This document shows, one piece after another, positions 55,307 to 64,000 of a stretch of 64,000 nucleotides of DNA. Made by a program: the position numbers and the translations under genes. The notes under the pieces were generated by a model. The model did no database searches and had not been told where the DNA came from. It saw only the letters and a program-made list of their open reading frames with translations. Positions within the stretch are counted from its first letter, which is position 1. Every line of letters starts with the position of its first letter. The stretch is from the NCBI RefSeq assembly GCF_006345805.1, contig NC_043014.1:4960001-5024000 (forward strand), written 5' to 3'. This DNA comes from Octopus sinensis (lineage: Eukaryota).

Positions 55307-55739
55307 CTGTGAAATTAAAATGAAATAATGTAGGTTAAAAGAAAGAATTGGGGAATCATTTACAAAGTAGGTTGTTGGATGGGAAGGAATTGATGGAGAA
55401 GAGAGAAATATAGAAGTTAAGAAAGAACGAGTGAATGAATGAAAGTCAGAACGAAAGATGTAAATAATAAGAATAAATTGTAAAGAAAGAAAAAAGACAT
55501 TTGTCTGTTGAGCCTGTTGGTGACGTTGATGTCAAAGATTTGAGAGATAAATCTCAGAATATCAGAATGTGTATCGGTCTCCGCTAGGAACGGATGTATG
55601 TATGATACGTAAACTTGGGTATGAGTATATATACTTCTCAATAGAATAATGATAAAACTCAATAGAATAATGATAAAATATTCGCCAGGTACGAATATTC
55701 ATCGGTCAATTACAAATATCAGTTTGGAGCTCGGCTCAA

Positions 55740-57890
55740 ATAAGGCCATCATAACTACAATATGAAAATAACAACCATACCGAATCATTTGTCGATTTAG
55801 TTAAAAGACATCGCATCCGGATCTCGAGTAGAGGAGTCCGTTCGATAAATGTATTGCACACCCCACACAATACCGGTGAAACCAGCAAGAAGCCTGGAAC
55901 TAAATATGGGGTGCGTGGGGTGGGAGCACATAATTGACGGTCTCAGGACACCAAAGCAGATCAAGAAGGGAACAACCTTTAATAATTGAGAATTAAAACG
56001 TCAAAATTGTTAGATATAATCTGCCTGTAAGATATAAGCGGTGTCTCCTCTACAAAATTTCGTTTTTCCGATAGCGTACACTTGGATATAGGCTTGAAAC
56101 TCCACTACGCAACTGTGGTGCCAACAATGTCTACACAGGTGGGATTAGGATACACTCAATCCCCAGCTTTCGGATTGTATTATGGAGTGAAACCTACTAG
56201 GTGTGAGGGTTCACCTCTTGAAGCTAAGGCTGAATATGAAGGACCACTGTGGCTGCTGTAAGTATATGCAGCAAACAGCGAGGTCAAATACAAATCCTTC
56301 CTAAGCAAATTCACCTCAGCTTTAGATATATTTGTGGTAAAGTCATTTGTCCTGCAAGGAGACTTCAGTGCACACCTTGGCACTGATAACCGTGAGAAAG
56401 ATTGATTGGAAGGAATGTCGTCAGTGAACTTACTGGAGAGATCATAGCAGCCTTCTGTGCAGGATACACACTCTCACCTCTATGGTATAGATATTATTTT
56501 AAGACATGGATATTTATAAGGGTGCCTGGTATAGAGATACATGGTGACAGAGTTTTCTGATAGATTTCGGTCATTTTTCACTCTTTGCTGAACGTTCGGG
56601 TAAAAGGAAGGGGTGGAATTGTCAACTCGTCACTACCTAAATGTCCAAAAACCTGAAAATTCCTACAGTCCGCCGAACACAAGAAATTGTTAAGTCCAGT
56701 GCAACCTACAGAATACAATTGGAAGCCGCTGTGGATACTGGGATCAGAAAGAAATATGTGGAGACTTTTGCATCCAGATTGAGAGTGACCCGCCTGAATG
56801 AACTTGGACCTCGAAATGGATTCGTGATTGTATTATTTTTTTCGGCAGGTTCTTCTTCGGTTGAACGCTTATTTGAGCTAAACTCACTTAAAAGTGGTAA
56901 AGCTGCTGGTGAAAAGCACGTTCGGCTTGATATTTTAGAAACCTTAAATACAGATGGTATTCTCTGAGTGACACATGTATGCTAGGTGGATGGGACCTGT
57001 GGAAAACACACAAAGGCAATTGTAATATGGGGTGACAATCACAATTTTTTCAAACAGAGACCAAAGAGTGTGTTCTAATTATAGAAAAGTCTACACTAGA
57101 TGTCAGGGAAAGATATGTAGGGAAATTGTCGCGCCCAAGATTACAGTCAGGGACGCAGTACACCCGATCAGATAGTCGTTCAAAGATAGATCTTCCAGCA
57201 AACGTTGAGGCATTTCCAAGAGGAATACGCTGTAAACCACGAAAAGGCACATGATCACGTGCCCTGAGGCATGTTGTGGATGGTTTACCAGGAAGGTGAG
57301 TTTAATGGGCAAATACAGGTTGCCATAAAGAACTTATATGGATGTTCAAATGATTGTATTTATGTAAAAGTCGAAAGTTTTCAACGTGAAGGTTTCACTT
57401 AGTTGAAGTGTGCATTGTTAGTGCCCCTTCTCACATTCTTTTTTGTGATGTGGTTGAATATGCGCAGCCATTGTTGTAGAGGTATCCCAATTCATCTCTA
57501 CGTGATCGGTCGACTGTTATTTGTAGACGACATGCTGCTACCTGATTCGTCTGATGGTCACCAACAACGTGCACTGAATGGGTTGGCTGCAAGGTACCCC
57601 AAGGCAGGATTGACAAATACGCATTGTGTAGGAAAGTGGAACATCATTATTGCGGGTCTATGTTCACGAATGATTGGAAGCACAAGAGTGGACAGAATGC
57701 TGAATTGTAGATATAAACGCAGTGAAGCGCCAGCTCGGGCATTTGATTCTCAGATGAAGAGGGCATTCCATACTTATCGTATGCAAGCCGGCGGGGCTCG
57801 CTCTGAGCACTCCAATTTTTTCATGGTGAACGTACCGTTCGCCTCGGACACTCGGCGAAGAGTATACTCGGAGGATACTTGCGGGCCGAA
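55740..57890 (+). mobile_element. RTE LINE relic, unit 4
   Basis: NSLKSGKAAGE and LLFVDD motifs; collinear with unit 1. Confidence 0.85.
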
Positions 57891-58917
57891 ATAATTCTCG
57901 ACGTGGCACTGCATATGTACTCATATACACACAATAAATGGCATAGTATATTAAAGTAACATTTTATTTAGGAAATTATTGTAAAGTAGAACATGTTTCG
58001 AAATAAATTCAGGCAAATGTCTTAGTATATATTATTGTGGACATATAGATGGTAATGTGGAACTAATTCAAAGTTGGTGAAATTATAAATCATTAGTTAA
58101 TGAGTCACGGGTAAAAGACTTTAGCCATAAAATTAGTTCTTACTTGGTGTGTCATCAGGTTTATCGTCGAGAGATTTCTTAGAGATGAAACGGTTCTGTG
58201 AAAAAATAGAAATAGCATCATATAAATAGAACTACAGGGTATTTATTATCGCTTAGAACTTAAAACAATGCAATAGATAACAACATATACGGACAGGTAT
58301 CATTGCCAACACTACCATCTCAACGCCTTAGGAATCTTCTAGAAGGCGCTTCCATCCAGTCAAACGGCTTCTTGAACAATACCAAACAATACAACTCTGC
58401 ATTTCAAATGACATCGTTTGGTGAAACTAAGAAGATAGATAAACATGAATTTACGACGACGTCAAAGTTCAAGGGCAAGTCTATCCCCTCATTGGTTCTC
58501 TTGTACCCGCGAATGAACAACGACAGTTCCTCCAAATGTACTCTATGAGTGATGTAGGACAAGAAACCCGACTTGAGGTGTCAAAATTTCCGATGATGGG
58601 TCGTGTTAAACACAGCGCACACTGCTGCAAAGGAGAGTATATCCACTGACAGCTTTTCGGTGCGTTCAAAAATCACAGAAACCCCACCTCCAATTTTGCA
58701 TGAAAGGTTAGGGCCTGAAACACTCCAAACGGACGCATAGCATGTTGCTTAGTCGAATTAGCCCAGCATTTACTCGACAAATGTTTTGATGTCAATGTTG
58801 CACTTTCCCATATCTCCTGTTTCAAAATGACTGGAATATATTATATACCAACTTTGCCATTTGAATCCCCAGCAATGCCGGGTATGTCTGCTAGTACACA
58901 CACACACACACACACAG

Positions 58918-58950
<33 letters not shown>

Positions 58951-58962
58951 CACACATATTTC

Positions 58963-59010
<48 letters not shown>

Positions 59011-59102
59011 TAAATATAAGGGTAGCAAAAATTCTAGAAAAAATTCTCTGCTACCAGCGGTCTAGTGACAAAGGAAAGATAGTCAAAGACTATATACCAT
59101 AC

Positions 59103-59556
59103 ATTCAACAATATACGGAATGGCCATAATAGGACATTCGACTCACTAGAAAGAGCAGCCAAACTCAAACCTTTAATTAGTTGTAATTCTGAAATAGAAA
59201 GGTAAATAAAAACGGTTACCCCTTTCATCTCTGGACTATGCATAGTTTCTGCAAACTTTGTAAACAAATTAATTAAATTAAATATAGTTACATCTGGCGT
59301 GCCTCGTCAGCAGAGAAGCCTATGATGAGTATATGTCCACGAGGCGATGGTAAAGAAGCCTCCAGTCCATATGCTCTAAATTTTCAAAATTCTACCGCAA
59401 TCGCGATGTCTTCTCAGCAGCAAATATAAACTGCTGCTTTAATTTCAAAATTAGCCAAAAAATCATTAATTAATAAATATTAGGGTATTTAGCGGTTTCA
59501 GTTTGGCTGCGCTTTCAAGTAAGTCGAATGTCCTATTATGACCATTCCTTATATTG

Positions 59557-59562
<6 letters not shown>
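59103..59562. repeat. Inverted repeat, 69-bp arms (59103-59171 / 59494-59562), in a unit-4-specific insertion
   Basis: Six mismatches in 69 bp by eye. Confidence 0.8.
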
Positions 59563-59649
<87 letters not shown>

Positions 59650-60471
59650 TACATGTATATATATAGTTAAATTTAATCCAAACAAGAAAGCACAAAAATA
59701 CAACAACGCGAGGACGTGGAACAAATATAGTATTATTGGACGCTCGGGAAAGAAGGACCGAAGGAGGGTTTAACGTTTCGGGTGGAGTTCTTCGTCGGAA
59801 ACATACGAGAAAGAAAGATACAGAGGAGGGAAGACAGAGGAAAAAAAATCACCAACGGTACACACGCGGCCACATTTTGAATGACCGGAAGGAAATGGGT
59901 GAAGAAAAGTTCTTTCAAAGACAGGAGAGTGGTAGAGGAGGAGGTATGTGTGTGTAAGTGTGGATAAGAGCGTGCGCGGAGGTCTGCGTGTGTGTGTCTG
60001 TGTCTGTGTGTATGCGTGCAATGATGACACGTGTGTGTATGTGTGTTGTGGCTGTTAATCTTTGCGTGTTGTAGGGCTAGTAGTGTTAAGAAGAAGGAAT
60101 TGGGCGTGGCTACTTTTGACTCTACTACCTGTTAAGTAGTAGGTTTTGCTAGTTTGAAGAATGTGGGTGTGTGCGTGTATTGTGTGCGGATGATACGTAT
60201 ATCTCTGTGATGACCGTCGAAGACCAGGCTATCAGTTGTTGCTACATATCGCTGGTCACAATGCGCTTCGCGTTGTTTTAGCCTTCAAATGACGCCACCC
60301 CGTTGGCTAAGCGAGCAGGCCAACAGAAGAAAGGGAGAAAGGTATAGCGAAAGAGTACAGCAGTGATCATGGAGCTTTAAACACACACAACGACCAGTCT
60401 GGGAATCGAAACCGTAATCCTATAAACGTGAGTCCGCTGCACTAACCACTGTGCCACTGCGCCTCCACTCA

Positions 60472-60546
<75 letters not shown>

Positions 60547-61349
60547 TATATATACATATATATATATATGTGTGTATATAAATATATATATAAATACATA
60601 TCAATATATAGGTATACACGTACACATAAGCATACACACCATAAATATCACAAATAGACGTATCTACTTATACGCATACACACACAAAGGCACACATATA
60701 TGTGAGTGGACATACACTGTATAGTGTGATTGTTCGTGTACAATTGAGCACGTGTGTCTGTGTGCGTGCGTATGTGTGTGTGTTTGTGTTTATTTGTGCG
60801 TGTGTTTGCCCGTGTGTCTGTGTGTATGTATTTACATTCGTTCTTACATATTGTCATATATAAAAACCAACGTGAATTACAGTCAAACATTACGAAATTC
60901 ACCGATCTACATTGGCACTCGCACGTTTTATTTTAAGTTGGAAAGAAAAGATTAAAAAAAACTCGCCTCACTTCCGTTCCTGATGGAGAGAAATAGATAA
61001 ATGTGTGTAAATATGTACGTATTCCTATGTGTGCGTGTGTGTGTATGTTTCCATGTGTCTGTTTCTGTGCGTGTGTGTAAGTGTACATCTAGATATAATA
61101 CTTAACACTAATATTAATAGGGCTAAACGTTGCAGCCACAGGGCATGGCCATGCTAGGAACCCACCATTAGATTTTTTTCATTACGCACTTATTTCCCTT
61201 TCCAGGATTATGTCTGGTGAAAGAGCGATCGGACAGGAGTACAATTCCACCCTTCTTTGTGTTTCCTTCGGATGTGTGTATATGTATGTATATATATATA
61301 TCTATATATATATGTATATCCATATACACACACATATATATATATATAT

Positions 61350-61400
<51 letters not shown>

Positions 61401-61792
61401 TGTAGATAAATAGATTGATAGATAGACATGTATGTACATAATTACGTAACTATATATGTGTATATGTATATATGATATGTATATATATGTATGGATGTAT
61501 GTGTGTGTATGTATAGCACACATAGTGTGTGTATAGCACACATAGTGTGTATGTATCTATGTTTTATGTATGTGTCTGTTATTGTCGCACCACTATCGAT
61601 TCTCAACTGATGTCGTTGTTTTTACATCCCCGTTACATAGCGGTTCGGCTAGAGATATCGATAGAATGAGCAATAGGCTTTCAAAGAATAATTCCTGAAG
61701 TCGATTTGTCCTACTAAACGCAGTGCTCTAGCATTGCTGCAGTCAAATGACTGAAACGGGTAAAAGAATATATTTATATACAAACAAACACG

Positions 61793-61843
<51 letters not shown>

Positions 61844-62260
61844 ACATATATATATATATAGATAAATGGAGAGAGAGAGAGAGAGATAGACAGAGAGATA
61901 CAGTGATAGATACACAGACGCATATATTTGTTTGTATATATATATCTATATATGTTCAGGCACTAATATATTCATATATATGTATATTATAGATACAAAT
62001 ATACGTATATGTATATATATGTATCCTTAGGTCTGTGCGCCTGTGTGTTCGTGTGTGATTACGTGTGTGATCTTATGTGTGTGTGTGTGCTTCATAGGAA
62101 CATATGTCCGTGATTCATGCATACATCCTTACATCCATCCATCCATCCGTACGTACATACATCCACATATTAATACATACATACGTAAATGCATACGTAC
62201 ATACATGCATATATAAATACATAAAGACATACATATATTAACACAAAATCCATGACTTAC

Positions 62261-62404
62261 CGTTTTCGATTTCTCTTCCATTTTTCCTATTCTTGAATCT
62301 TGATGAAGAATCACGATCGTCAGAACGAGAAGAACCCCAAAAGCTATGAGAGAAGAAATGGAATAACGCTGCGAAATATTCCTGGACAGTTGTGCGAAAT
62401 CCAT
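62261..62404 (-). CDS. Copy 4 probable first exon (signal anchor)
   Basis: 144 nt, identical to copy 1; two substitutions lie just upstream of the ATG. Confidence 0.7.
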
Positions 62405-64000
62405 TCTGGTGACGGTTGTCGGTCGTAAGTGATACTTCGTGTGGCTTCAACAAAAGATCGAGATGCGAGGTTTAAGCTGAAGACCTGTAACTGAATTCCA
62501 CGTATTTATTGAGCGCACAACAACCCAGCTCTGGCATAGATCTTATCGTAAATTTATGAACCAATGCGATTGGTGGAACTGTAAAAGCGGGTGTGAACTT
62601 GTCTGACAGGTTTAATTATTGGAAAGAGATGGTTTGATATTGTCACACAATAATTAGCAAAATATTTTGATGAATGAGAGACACGTGTAAAGTGAAATGA
62701 TTCCTGTTTCTGGATATATTATGATATATTTATTTACTAATGTTTTTATTTAATTTTATTTGTTATTCTTGGGAAACTGTTTTAATATTCACTGTGGGAA
62801 GTTTTTCGTTCAATCAACAAATACACAGACACAAAGACACACACACACACAAACACACACACACTGACACAAACACCAACACACACACCCACACACACTG
62901 ACACACAGACATACACACGCACACACACTAACACACACTGACATACACACACACCAACACCCACACTCACACACACCAACACACACTGACACACACACAT
63001 ACACTGACACACACACACACACACTCCCACACGCACACATACACTGACACACACACACACACACACTGTTTTAATATTCAGTGTGGGAAGTATTTCGTTC
63101 AACCCACACAGTAATCGCAAGACTTAATCTAATGAAGTCCGCTGTTCGGATTGGATTCTTCACAACAAGCGTTAATCGGATTAGAAAAGTTTTACGTGAA
63201 TATCAAAATCAAAACCTTCCAATTCCCACCCACTCATACATACATATATACATACATATATACATACATACACACTTACATACACACATATATACATATA
63301 TACATACATGCATACATACATACATACACACTTACATACATACATATATGCATACATACATGCACGCATACATACAAGCATACATACAAAAATACATACA
63401 TACATACACACATACATACATACATACATACATGAATACATATATACATACATACGTACTTACATCCATACATACATGCATACATACTTACATCCATCCA
63501 TCCATACATACATACATACATACTTGGTGGCTGCCCCCCTCGTTATCGAGTATGGGCATTGCACGAAGCTTAATCAATGTTGTTATCTTGCAATGCCTGT
63601 TCATGAAGATTTTTTTTATAGTGAGGAAAGGCTGTGCACTGTGTCAATCCCAGTCATTAAGCAACAGCAGCCATAATCCGAAAAGAAGAACAAGTCAACA
63701 TCATCGGTAACCACTGAGCCGCAGGTTTTATATCGGAGTCATCCCAGTTACCTGAGTTACCTTCTCCTAGAAGGATGCCCTAACAAAGTCTAGGAGTCCT
63801 TCACTCCCAATGGTTTAACCGCGCGATCGTGTATTCAGTCCGGTTATTTCGATTTCTCCGCACATGATACAGCCTTAACACATATATTGGATGGCCGTTG
63901 ACTCTCAAGAGTGCCTCCGCTCTTTGACGGGTTTTGTTTTTCATCCCGCAGGGTGTCCAATAAACTCCCTCCTCACCAAGCAAGCTTAGTGTGGTTGCCG

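Overview
AT-rich, microsatellite-laden eukaryotic DNA; the SINE, Penelope, RTE and Helitron relics and the (TACA)n/(TA)n/(CA)n load look like an octopus (coleoid cephalopod) genome, though the taxon is an inference. The whole window is a tandem array of a ~14.5-18 kb unit (unit marker at ~3, 15722, 30207, 48400, 63067) that appears to continue off both ends. Each complete unit carries one minus-strand, intron-containing gene for a spongin short-chain-collagen-related / collagen-IV NC1-like (C4) cysteine-rich domain protein. No Gly-X-Y collagen tract was found. A probable first exon encodes a signal anchor. The 48-aa anchor exon is identical in protein in all four copies, whereas the domain exon differs at ~30 of 165 aa, concentrated in short hypervariable segments between invariant Cys-containing framework. 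Copy 2 has a nonsense mutation; copy 3 is a deletion-fusion of two units; the units are mosaics of each other. Introns hold decayed RTE, Helitron, Penelope, mariner and SINE elements, several long inverted repeats and a well-formed type I hammerhead ribozyme motif. Most ORFs in the supplied track are microsatellite artefacts.
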